Source: Ptychomitrium polyphyllum
Taxonomy: Eukaryota
Direction: 5' to 3'
DNA: 64,000 nt
Assembly (NCBI GenBank): GCA_973851085.1
Contig: OZ316775.1
Location: forward strand, 11,036,001-11,100,000
Positions within the stretch are counted from its first letter, which is position 1; each line of letters opens with the position of its first letter. The notes beneath the pieces are model-generated. The model did not search any database. It saw nothing but the letters and a program-made list of their open reading frames with translations, and had not been told where the DNA came from. The position numbers were made by a program, and so were the translations under genes. This document shows positions 43,717-57,270 of the stretch, in pieces.

Positions 43717-46700
43717 AGCTCAAAAGATTCGCAGAACTCACTGCAAAGACAACCAAATTCGGCGCAGAACGGCTCAAACGAAGCAGAAGTGCAAGTATGA
43801 TAGGAAATCCAGAGATGGACGTGTGATTGCAAGAAGTATCAGCGCAATCTGGAGGTAGCGATGGCGTGCAAATTGTGGTGGAGGACGGCGCACCTCTGGA
43901 GTGGATGCGTGGAGGGCAAAAGGACTCAGTGGGAGCTTTCATATGTACGCTCGTACGATCTATATCTATGTAATACTCCTCAAATACTGGTGTAATACAC
44001 TGAAGATGCTCTGTCTGTACCTGGGTGTGGTATCCGTCGAAGTAGACGGTCGTCCTTTGTCTGTTACCTCGACTGATATTTATGCAATACTAGTCTGCTA
44101 CTGTGTGCAATATTTTACGATACCATTTCTATACTTAGATGTGGTACGTGGCGAAATAGAAGTTGAGATCCTCTTGCAGATGGCGAACCGACGAACTAGG
44201 AAATCTCTTTCCCTGTGGCAGATGGTATTGTGTAGACGGGTGGATGTCGTTTTGTATGCCCGAAACAACTCCGCGTTTCGTATCTCGAACGAAATCACGT
44301 GAGTGGGGACGAGGAAGCGGGCAGTTTGGAAACTGACGCGCATAGGCTCTTGTATTGGGCAGCTGAGGTTGGGCAAACGGAGGGGTCGTTATTTGGTCTG
44401 CCCACGGAACCCTTCCGCACCACACTTTGCCGGGCGTGATAATTTGAGAAAGCTTCCGATACGGGACGCCGGAGTTTGAAGCGGGACTGCCCGTTGTGAG
44501 CTATGGTTTCGACTCACGCTCGGAATTGGAACCTATTGGAAATTGTGACGAGTGTAATGTCCGCTTTTGGGGTTGGGATTGGCACAGTGGTTGATACAGT
44601 TATACTGTACCGTACTGTATTGTTAATCAGCACCCGTGTGACCCAAATAAAAATTTGCATTTTGGCAATGCTATACATAAGCATTCACCCACATCAAGCC
44701 CCTTCGGATTAAAGGCCCTGATTGGTGGGAGGACGCGGTTCTTTAGAACGACCTTAAAATTTCATCATTACCAAACTATGTGCTTGGCAGTTGATGATTT
44801 GAAAGAAAATTTCATGGCATCATGCATTTATGCAATAGACCTGTTGAGCTCACTGTAGTTGAAAATGAATGCAATCTGTAAACGGCAATAATGAAAATAA
44901 AATCGTTATGCAAAACAACACGCATCGATCATAGATGAAAAAAATTAAATTGGTCACATGTGTTTTAAACTGAAAGATTGTAGTGTTTAATAAAAAATAA
45001 TTAAAAATTTTGACAATTTTTGAGACATGCTTAAAACCCATGTGACCTTTTTTATGAACATAAGGCTTGGAAAATTGGGTTCAGAAAGAATACAAGGCTA
45101 AGGCAGACCGATTTATAGTTCAAATCTTATAAATGTTTTGGAAAAAGGTTTAAAATAATCAAAAAAAATTTTATGATGTATGTATTATATTGTAGTAGGA
45201 GAAAAATTATGTTTTTCTAAATCTATCATTAAGGATAGCAATTATTTTAAAAGATGAATAGAAATTGCTTAACTAGTAGCAAGACAATCTTAATAATGGA
45301 TGTTATTTCCAATTTGGTTTTCTCTGTATTTTGCTCTTTGGATCTAATAAGTCCTTTAATTCTAAACTCTTCATAGAAAATAAAGCTTGTTTATTTTGTA
45401 ATTCTTGTAATATGATTTTTTTACACCCATTGAATAACACATTTTATATTTTATTTGTGTCCAAAAGGTTGATCAAAGATATGTGACTTTACAATAACCT
45501 TTTCAAATAGTTGAAATGAACCACCTTGCCTTTGAAATCAGATATAAAGATATGGAAATTTATTTATTTTCAAATCATAAATACAAATTTTAATTGCAAG
45601 AAAAATAATTAAAGAAATTACAAAAAAGGTACTTATATTTTACATACATTTGAATTTAGTAATTCATGAAGTTTATATAAAAAAATAAATATGTGAAGTA
45701 TGCTAATTAAGAAGTCAATAATTAAAGAAACCCATGAAAATTATCGCAATTTATTTTGGATAACTTAATGCTTTAAGCTATATGTATATTGGTTGCATAT
45801 AAAAAGTCTATTTTTCTTATATGTGGTATTGGAAACTATGACCAAAAAGTATGATAAACAATCATTAAAATTACAATAAGTATATAACGCATAACCATTA
45901 AAACCATTTTTTTTCATTGGAATAATAGGTTATTATTAAACGTTTCTTAATACTTTCTAAAAATTAAAAATACTATACAAGGTGTTACTTTCAAGCCCAT
46001 AATACTTATATTCATATATATTTTAAACATATATTATTTTCCTTCCAATTTCAAATAATGTTTTCATGTAAATTTGGCTATTTTTTTCATAAATTTTAGA
46101 AAACTCTTTTAAAAATTAGAGTTTCCATTAAAATCCCTTATATGAATTCAATATTACTTGGACATCTATTTGCTCAAATTCATTTAATAGCAAACGGCAT
46201 AAATAAAAATACAAATGTGATATTAAAGAAAAATTTAAATAGACTTTCAAACTTATTTAATTCAAATGGTCATTAATTGCATTTCAAATGATAATTTCAA
46301 AATACAATAAAGACCTATAAGTAGCTTTATATTAATATGTGCAATATATTTGTTTACATAAGAAGGCTTTTGAAATTAATGAAACAATCATATGTATGAT
46401 CTATAAATATTATTTTCTCTAATACATTTTGATCATACAATTGAATTCCAATACATGTTATATTGTATTAAAATAAGTTAAAGAATATATAATAATTTGA
46501 AGGAAAATTTGGTATGGAACAATTCAACTTTTGAAGAAAATGCCACATGTCACTTTCCATTAGTTTGGATCATTAAAAAAATGACATATTTTTCAATAGT
46601 TAGTCATCCTAGCATTACATTACCAAAGGCTTTTTTTGGATTTAAATTATATTATTTAAAAATATACTTCCAATGTATATTATTAATTATAAATTTTATG

Positions 46701-47815
46701 GGAGATTAAAATTTCTTAAAAGTCTTTTAAAAAAAAAATCTAATTTCTTTAAACATGTTTATGGTGTACAAAATGAATGCAAATCATAAACCTATATAAA
46801 TGTGTACACATAAATGTATAAAAACATTAATATATGATTTATTGAATCTAACAAAAAGGCTATCTTTTTAAAATGTTTATCTTTTAACAAGTCAATTTGA
46901 CATGTAGTTCAATTAGTCTTAAGCATTTAAGACTTACAACATTAATAAAGGAATGAATCACATAAATGTTTAGAGTATAAATCATTTAAAAAGCTCATTC
47001 TGTAAACAAATTTTGGCTCATCATAACAAATTTTTCATTTTAACAAATTAATAATTTTATTTCATGTTTTCAAAATAAACCTTTTATTTGAAAAATAAAT
47101 AAAAATTAAACACTTCATATTGAAAAAAAAAATCAGAAAATTAATCCAATATAATTGCATACAGTAAGAACTAAAAAATTTCAGCTATACAATTATAGAA
47201 AGACATTGAATTAAAAAAATTAGTATAGTACATTAAACTTGATTCATATTACTTTAATGGAGTATAGTTCATTATTTAGTTTATCCCTTAAATGGTAACG
47301 GTTACTTTTGAAGTATTTATATACTGTAATTATTTTGAGATTTTATTATATATTTTAGATTTTTCTAATGTATGATATAATTAAATTTATCAAGTTAAAT
47401 TTTTTATAAATACTAAATCCAGAAAAATAACTTAATTCTTTAAGCATTTGGCAGGAGTAAAATCAAATTAAAAATAGAAGATTCTAAATAAACAGAAATG
47501 ATTTTGTAGTGGAAATACGGTATGATGATATGTTGGATTATAATGAAAACTTTTAGAGTCTTGTCTTTTCTTTGAATTATAGATTGAAAGCTTTTCATAA
47601 CTTTATGTGACCTTCCATCTCTTTTGTTTTTTTTAAGTTTTAGTAATTACATATGAAGCAAATAAGTTTATTTCATCATTGACTTTTGAATATATATGTT
47701 TTTTTTTTTTTGAGGTCGCACAATATCAAGTATTATAATGCTACAATAATGTTATTGTTAATAAAAATTATTACAAAGATAGATATGTAGAATTACTAAT
47801 TTTAATCAAGCCATC

Positions 47816-50800
47816 ATGGAAATGTGGGAGAAGGATGGGCATCTCAATCAAGAGCTTTATGCGCTTCTACATTTGTCTCCCAGAGCTTCTAATGATGAAA
47901 TAAAACAAGCCTATAGGCAATGGGCACAGATTTATCACCCTGATAAGCATCAAACTCCACAAGTATGTGATATTCTATTAGTGATTTGTTGAATTGGTGC
48001 TTGATATAAATACAAGATTGTGAAATGATATGCATTGACAACAAAAAATATGGCTTCTTTGATTTTATATAATTAGGTTGTAGAAGTATACAATTCCATT
48101 GGGTTCCTTTTAAAATAAGCTTTGTGAAGAAGATTAATAAATAAAATCATCTTATAAATGGATTTTTTTTTATTGACATGTAGATTATTCAAATCACCAA
48201 ATATAAAGCATGTGCACTTGAAATTTTAAAATTTGATGCAAAATTGATTAATAGCCATAATAATGCCATAAATATTAAATATATTGAAATTTAAAGGACT
48301 GTTTTTTTAAATCATGGTAATTGAAATTTAAAGACATTTCAAAATATAATAATTAGTCAATATGGTTAAATGTTATATTTTTTGGATTTGTAATATATTA
48401 CATTCTTACAAAATAAAATAAATGTACAACCAATATGATATAAATGGAAATATCATTGGTTCACAAATTGCTGCTTTGGCCATATTTTGTGATTATTGAT
48501 AGATGCAAGACATTGCAACTGAAAACTTCCAGAAGATACGGGATGCATATGATGTTTTGAGTGATGAACGAAAGCGACAAATATATGATTTATATGGATT
48601 GGAAGGTTTAACTTCGGGTTTAGAGCTTGGTCTAAAGTTGAAATCAAAAGAAGAAGTTAGGGCTCAATTTGAACGCTTACGTCAACGCAAGCAAGAAAGA
48701 AAATTAGATGCTTATGTCCAGCATAGAGGATCTTTCCTTATGAATTTGTCATTAATACCATTTTTGGAATCATATCATATTCCCAATTTGAATGGGTTTG
48801 TTCTTTGACCTTATTTCTAAAAATTCATATATTCAAATTTTTTATGATTTTTCATTAGATTTTAATGAGTTGCATTGTTATACATATACTTTTATATATA
48901 TGCATAATAAAAAAAAATTAATTAAATGATTGAAATCAATTCCGTCATTCAAAGGTAGCATTTGCTAGTCAAAACTTGTCCACTAAAGATTGAAGGAGTT
49001 TGAGCGCCAAAGTTGCAAAATTAGACCCATACCTTCATTCATTCAATGCTTCATGTACTCACTTTCCTTTATTGTTGGTTTTCCACCTTTGGATATTAGG
49101 GTGAGTTCTTCAATTGCTAAAGAATGTTATTTTTAAATTGAATTATTTCATAATGATTTTTATAAATTCAAAATAAAATTTTTTTTTGCATAAAGATATA
49201 TTCTACAATGCATAAAGATGTATTCTACAATGTATAAAAATGTAGGTATATAATTTTAAAGATTTTATACAAATGCATCATTGTATTGACTTTTCACATA
49301 ATGATCAAAAGTTTAGATTTTGGACCTTTATAAAGCTACAATTTGTGGTTATATTTTGTGTGTTTTAGCTTAGATTTTTTTGCTACTAATTACCACGTTT
49401 TATACAAAATAATTAAAGTATAAAAGTACTATACACATATCATTTTTTCTTTTGTAGGGATTTCTTTAAATTTTCATATGTCATTAAAGAATTTTATGAC
49501 TTTGGCACCAGAATGCTAAAATTGTGTTTTTAACTTTTATCAAGTATTTGTATTAATAATCCTTTTCAATTTTTTTCTAAAAATTATAATTATAATTTCT
49601 TTTGTAAGATTTTTTTTAAAACTATAAAGTTTGATTTTCTATCATTTTCTTGAAATCATTGTATATTAGTTTTTTGGATTTTCGTGGAAACTCTAGATTA
49701 TTTGAGCATAGGCTTATATTTTTGTGTATCAACAATCAAATTGGGTTTTTTGAAATCTTTTGAAATACTTGCCTTCAACAAAGAGGATGTTGGAAAACAT
49801 GAGAATTCACTTAAGTACTTTGTTTTAAACATTTTGACATTTTATTTTAATTATATTAAAAGTGATTATTTTTTTAAAATATATAAAATGAATTGTGTAT
49901 ATGTTAAAATAAACCATGATTTTGCAATGTAAACTTTAGAAGTTGACAATTGTTTATTTTTGTGTTTATATAGCATGGCAATGTCTACACAAGTTCAAGC
50001 AAAGGTATCGAAAAACGATACGCTTATATTGGGTGGAAATATGGTTTTAAAGAGGGGTTTAGGAGGAGGCTCTGTTACAATGATTTTGAGGCGTCAACTT
50101 TCACCAATTTCTAGAATAGAAATTGTAACTATGGTTGGGCTCCGCTCCCTTTTAAGCCTTCAAACTTCAAGGTATTTACTGTGCTAAAAAAATCAAATGA
50201 ATCAATAAAAATCTTAGTTTCTAAACTTATATCATATTAACTGAAAGTCAGGTTGTTATAAAATACTTCGAATAATTAGAAGAAAATGCCATGAATCATC
50301 ATTTGGTTGGTTTGAGTTTCTAAGAATCAACATAAGAGTTGCATTTCAATGACTGAATTTCTACCTTAAATTTCTTCTAATGATAACCAAAGATATATGA
50401 TGCTATAAAATCACAGCTCTTGGAATTTTTTTGTGTGGAATCGCCATGGTTCTTAATTTTAAAATGCCCTTTCTTCTTTGACTTGACTTACAAATGTAAA
50501 TGAATCCATGAGTGAACATGAATGAACAAAAGATGGACTCTGAGATGAATAGAATCTTTGTATAAATGAGTTGTTGACATTAAGTTGTTGAACTTCACTC
50601 AATTGAGTGTTCAGCAGCCACTGTTGTAGTTGGTGGTTGCAGACAACTTTCTTCTCATTCAACAGGGACTTTGGGATTATCTGTATCATTGAAAGATGGT
50701 TCGGTAACCTTAGCGAACACTTGGTCACGTCAATTGTCAGAAGACACCACTGGCAATGTAAGTGTGCTCTATGTTTCTTGTATTGCCCCATAGCCAGGGT

Positions 50801-53800
50801 ACCATAATTCTTTTCTTTCTTATGGTTCTTATATGCAGAACTTTACTATATTCAACTTCAACAATTTATTATGCATTTGACGTGGATCTAAAATTTGTAT
50901 TTTTGTTATACTAGAACGTCTTTTTCATTGAAGTTGTTCGACACATATTTGCTAAATTGTTTAAAGCCATGATTGTAAGAAAACTACCTTATTGCTCAGA
51001 ACATGTTTCTTTTATTGTTTGATATGGGTTTGTGTGTGTTGGTTGCCAAGATTTCCAATTGCTCATAAGCATTATGGTTATAATATACAGATACAATTAG
51101 TCGTTGGACCAGAGATGGGAATCTCAGTGGGTTGGCAAAAGCATGGCGAGAAAAATGTTGGCTCGGCTGATGTAAAGGTGTGGATTCTCTATATGTGTAT
51201 AGAGTGGTTCACTTGGAATTAAACATATTATTTCTTTTGACTAGGTGAATTCATTCAAGTATTCCACAACTTCTAGTGTTTCTTCAATACTTTGCTTGCC
51301 AACCAAATGCACAAGTGATGTTGGGATACTGAACAAGTCATATATTGTCATGCATCTTTTAGTACAACAATAAGGAATTCCAAACATGAAGTTGATAAAA
51401 ATGAATGCACAAGTGGTTTATAAATTATAGCATTTAGAGGATTAGCCAAAAATAAACCATTCTTAAATTGTTGGAACACCTCACTCTAACCTAATCACAA
51501 AGTAAAAAATGTATGGTCAAGTACTTGACAATCTTAGAATACAAATATCATTTGTATTCACATTCCTATGAACACAATAATTTATATTCAAATTTTCATA
51601 CTCAATGTACTTACATACCAATACTTACATTTGATATACATTTATGCACATAGTTTATGATAATGATTATATCTTTACAAGAATTTAAAACTTAATACAC
51701 ATTATTTCCAACTCTCTTCATGCATGTTACAAAGAAAGCTTTTGGCTAGCCAAAAATTAAAATCAATAATTTAGGCAATTTTTAATCAATGAATGATCTT
51801 AGAAGTATATTTTAAAAACATACATGTATAAATATGTGTGTGTATACACATGCACTTGCTTTTTTCTAACCTTTATAACTGATTAATTAAGTTGGGATTT
51901 TGAAGGTAGGGCCTACCACAGTTGGAGTATCATGTCAATTTGCTCATCATTTTTCATGCAAGTCTCAAGGTCAACTAAGTGGCAAAATTGGCAGGTCTGT
52001 AAAAGTTTGGCCTTTTAATTGTATTTTGAAATAAAGTTGAGACCAATAAACCAACCTTTTTCTTATAAATTGATCAACGTGAAGTTCTTTTAAGAATTAA
52101 AATAATTTTTATTCGAATTATGTTTTGATGCATCAAAAAATCATAGAGAAGTCATTGGCCAAAAAAAACAAAGACTACTTGAATTGAAAGGAAGGGTCAT
52201 TTTCATTCATGAATCAATGCATGTTTTTTAAATAAATCTACCATAAACTTTGATAATTACTCAAATTTCGTCAGTGTTTGTAGAATAATTTACAAAATTG
52301 CCTCCTTAACTCACATGATTACATAATATAAGGGAAGTGGTTGCTCTAAGTAAAAAATTGTTTGAAAAGTCTTTAAAGTCAAAAATTATTTACCATCAAA
52401 ACTCAGCAAGTGAGTATTAGTACTAAAAACATTGTTCTTTGCTATAGGATCAAAAAATCATTTAGCATCATTTTTAAGCACTAATAAATTTATATTTATA
52501 CACAAGGTTGCATTATGATGTATAGTAAAAAAAATATGAAAAATTAAAATAGCAATGAAATTAAAAGAAATTCAATGTTGGAAGTAGATACAACATAGTT
52601 GTAAAGGTCATGCATGCTAGGAGAATGACAAAGTATGATTGTACAAACAATTAAAATTTGAATGTTTTAGGTAAAATTTGTATCTAGAAAATTATACATT
52701 AGATGTTAATTTTCTTCAATAGTACAAAAAAAAAGAGCCAAAAAGGTTATATTTGTATTAAAGACTAAGTTCTTCATTGTTGAAGACTATCAATATGATG
52801 CTACAATTTTTTTGAATGATTTACTTGTTCTTTTAATATTATTTATCTTTTTCTCTCTTAATTTTTTTTTTATAGTTTTATAGTTTTAAACATTTATATT
52901 TATTTAAGCTACAACTGCATAAAATCATTAGATTATTTCAACAAGCATCACAAAAATTTGCATAAAACTAGATCCTTGTTACTAATATTTTTTTTATATA
53001 CAATAACATTCCAAAACTTGTAGACAATAATAAGGCCACCAAAAAAATCTCTTTGATGAAAGTTAACTTCATTTTGATGTCACAAAGGTATCAAACTAAT
53101 GTGGATATGACATAAATTCATTAAACATCACATGTCATGTCAAAATGACAAAAAAAAGGTGATTTCATGATGGACCTAGATGGTGAACTACATCAAGCCA
53201 CATGATAAAGATTTGGATTCAAAGTCCATACAAATTAGACTTTCTTTGTCATTCAGTAGTCTACTATTGAGTCCATCATTGGATTGGGGAATGAAGTGAA
53301 CATTGGAAAGCAGTATCCAAAGGGGCCATTTCATACCATTTTCTTTCAATGGGATAGAAATCAACTGAAAAAAATCTATAGGGGATGAAGTTTTAATCTT
53401 GTTATAAGAGAAATGTCCAATGTATCCAATCTCAATACAGAAACTTACGAATGCCCAAAGTTTCATCATGAGTGCTGATAATTCTACTTGTATGGAGGAA
53501 GTACATCTACACTTATGCCAAAGTGTGTCCAAATCTTATGGACACAAGTTTAGTGTGTAGCTAGAAAAGACGCTTAATTCCCAACAGCATTTTGGGTACT
53601 CTGTTCTCCTCCTTGCACTGATTTTGACTTTTGCCTGTGGAGGTGATGCAGCACTGGAGTAGAGGTTGAGTTAGGTGGGGAGAGAAGACTTTCAGACCAC
53701 AGTTCGGCTGCCATGCTCTGTGTGCTTGGACTTCAGGTTTTGGCTTTATTTTTCTTATTAGGATGCACTAGTCAATGAAACAGTGTGTCTAGTATTTGAT

Positions 53801-56800
53801 GGCACAGGCAACAGACAGCATTTTCTCTCACAATTTTGTGGTCATTTTGAAGTCCTGCTGGTAGTCTTGCCAACACAACTTGATTGATGTTGGCCCTTGG
53901 GAAGATGTGGAGACTTTTTTCTTGGTTTTGCCACCTGTTTTTTTCTTCAAAGCATAGACGATAAGCTCAGTGGACTGGACACTTCAAACATCCATGCTAA
54001 CAATGTAAAATGTAAGGAACTCAAAGAAGATATGGATTTTTTGGTTAGCACATCCCATCTGTATTGTGGGCATTAGAGGGAAAATACTTTCATTTTTGTT
54101 GGCTCCTTGAATGGGACAAAAACCCTTGTTCTCTCAAATTCTGTAATGATTTCTTGTAAATTATTTTGTTTGAAGAGTCAAGAATTGTGTGGTGTTTTTT
54201 TTTGAATTCAAACTGCATCTTCTGTGATACTGAAAATGCGAGTATAAATGTATTAACATTTAAACGCACTAAAGGTTGAAACTTCCAATATTTTTTAAAT
54301 GAATATGATGTAAAACAGATAGATTATACAGTAGCTATGATTTTGGTGATAGCTACTTCTCTTCTGATCAAACCTTGTATATCACTTACTTGTTGGAGAG
54401 TAAATAAATTGATGGAGTTTACGGCTTCTGGAATTTATATTTCAGAAGAGCCAAAACATATTCCAACCTTTAGAATAAAATTTTGTTAAAGCTCAAGCAA
54501 TCTTAGGATCGAAACAGTGCTTTTGTATATTACATTTCTGATTGCTTAATAATGGCTTAATCTTCTATTTCCTCTGAAAAACATACAGTTGCAAATCCCA
54601 AAATTGTACATTAACAGTTTCATTTTTTCTTTTAATTTAGGGTATATCTTGGAAAATTCGATTCACTCGAGGAGGCCAAAAGTTTGTCATTCCTGTAAGC
54701 GATGTTTTACAAACTAAACGTGCAAATGTTCAAAAAATGATGATTATTTTCTAAAATTATTATTATTATTCAAGTGTTTAGATGTGCAATGCAATGAGAA
54801 TTTTGGGAAAAAAATTCATGTTATAATAACAATTAATCCACCTCAGAAGATCGTGCCAAAGATTGTTTATGAGAATACACATTGAATTGAGGCCAAAGAA
54901 TTGATATACAGGTGCCTTTGTATTTGATCAGATAATGCTTTGTGCAAAAATTAATCCATTCATAGCAGTTGGAGCTTTGGTTATACCATCATCCATCTAT
55001 ACAATTCTAAAGGTACATTCTTTTTTAAAATGGTGCAAAAAATGACTAAAGGGATTTATAAATTTACAAAAAAATTACAAAGGAATTTATAAATCCTCTT
55101 TTGTCATAATATTTTTATGACTTATGATTTTTTTTGAAAACTAATTGCATGAATTTTTGATTTTGTGAAGTCTTATGAAATCTTACGTTTTTAAACATGT
55201 ATTACTTCTTAGAGCATATGAATGAATATTATTGTAAATATGAAATTTATAACATGCATAAATGTTGAATTACTTCTATCATCATGCAATGCAGACCTTT
55301 GTTTATAAACCTTATAATCTAAGAAGGAAAAAAAAAAAGATCATAGAATTACGGCAAGCAACATATACACAAGTTAGTTCTATGTTTCCTTCAAATCTTG
55401 ATTGTACCTCTCTATTTTTCATTAGAAACTTACCACCTATAACATCTATAATATGATTAATAAACTCTAGCTTTCTACAACTCTTTCATAAAACTCATTA
55501 ATTTGATCCATTTTTTTAAATAGCTTTTTTAAATATCAAGTCTTTGGAAAAAAGCCATATATTTGCACAAACTTTTGGAACAAAGAAGGTTAATGCATTT
55601 TAAATACATATAAAGAAAAGTGTAAAAGAAGTATTAATCTAAGAAAGAAACAAGATGATCATGGCATATAAAAATCAAGACTTCATTGTCAAATAAGCAA
55701 TGTTTGGTTATGCAAATTCATGGTCTACAGTGTAATTTTTAAACCATTCTCAATTCAATAGACTTTGAATGTCAATATCATCATAATGCAACATGGAAAA
55801 GTCATAATTTGTGTCCATAAAATTTTAATATAAACCATGCATTTATTTTCTTTAATCTAGGTTATGGAGGCAAGGGCTTCTTCAGAAAAGTCACAATTGC
55901 TTTTAAAGAGTGTAGCAGAAAGGAAGAAACAAAAGCAAGCCCAACAGAAAGGACTCGTCATTCTTGTTGCCATATATGGTGATATTAAAGCATATGAGCA
56001 AGGAACAAATTGTATGGACAAGTCTGCAAGCACTGAAGATGACAATGCAGATCTACCTCCTCCCTATTTAGATGTTGCAATACCAATACAATTCTTGATC
56101 AATGACTGTGGACAACTTCGAGTATACATTTAGTTTTATTCTTTAAAATATTATTTTCCCCTCATTCATTGTATTCTAAGTGCAATATTTAATACAATAC
56201 ACTGCTTTAATGTTCATATGTTATGAGCAATCAAAAATTTCGAAATCAGATGCAAATGGTGTAAATTCATTAAATAAAAAATTATATAAATTGTACTTTA
56301 GTTGGTTTTTTAGCACATTGAGTTTAAATCTATTTATCCATGAAAAGTTATTTTGTTACTTTTTTGGAGGATCACCTTTTGAATTATATTTCTTGATGTC
56401 ATGATAGCTACACAAAGGAGTAAAAAAAGCAGGTCTAATGGGCTTTTGTGACCCATGTCCTAGTGAATCTAAGCAGTTGAAGGTGGTATACAGTTACTTA
56501 GGCCACCACAATGAGGTATTTTAATATTTTTTGTTTTTATATTGGTATTATATCATTATCTTTAATTTTTAAATGTCATGAATACTATGCATGTAAGAGC
56601 TTTGTAAAACTATCTATATTAAATACCTTGTTACCAGTCAAAATAGAAAATGGTTCATTTATTTTATGTCTTCAATCAATTATGTAGATTGAATTTACAA
56701 TTGGTGGAATGAACATTTTGATATATGTTCTAGGAACAAAAACAAGTGTCTTGGAATTACATTGATATATTTGTGACATAATATTCATAAATGTAGGTTA

Positions 56801-57039
56801 TTGTTGGAGATTATGATGAATTGCAAATACCTCAAGAAGTGCACAAAATACAATGTTTTATTCCAGAGAACGTTGAACAAGTAGATCAACGATCCTTCTC
56901 TTTTCTATGCTTAAATATAAGTAGTGTAATTTTTACTGAAGTCTACATTAATGCGTATGTAATTTTTAAAATTATATCCTTCCATTCATATTTAAAAAGA
57001 ATTGTTTTTCTAAGATATTCTTCAAAAGACATTGAATAA
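47816..57039 (+). CDS. OWL1: OWL1/ATJ13 (DNAJC11-like) J-domain protein, about 13 exons in AT-rich introns; 3' end is either the stop at 57037-57039 or a splice at 56880 into the downstream gene
   Basis: Exon 1 [32 protein letters not shown]. Exon 2 [39 protein letters not shown]. Later exons [68 protein letters not shown] and [18 protein letters not shown] (DUF3395-type C-terminus). Confidence 0.9.
53188..53532 (-). mobile_element. Possible degraded Ty3/gypsy integrase fragment inside an OWL1 intron
   Basis: The translation contains [11 protein letters not shown]...[14 protein letters not shown]...MDFESK, a weak echo of the integrase GLLQPLPIP...LPxSxGxxxILVVVDRFSK pattern. No LTRs are seen. 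Confidence 0.35.
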
Positions 57040-57270
57040 TTGTATAATTTGTTGTCTTCAAATTAAAATAAACATAATTTTGTGATTGTAAAAATTCAAA
57101 TTTTATAATCATGTATGATGCAATTTTATCGTAACCATTACAATCAATCCAAGCTTGGTTCACGATTCATGTAAGAAGCTGAATAATTGAACTGAAAAAA
57201 TTAATTTAATTATGTATAAACATACAACTCCTATTCAAATAAAAAATTGGCAAATCTTTTTTTTATTTAG

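Noticed and set aside
51240..51530. Possible hAT-like transposase scrap in an OWL1 intron
   Set aside because: Only a few residues of vague resemblance, interrupted by stops; not supportable by eye.
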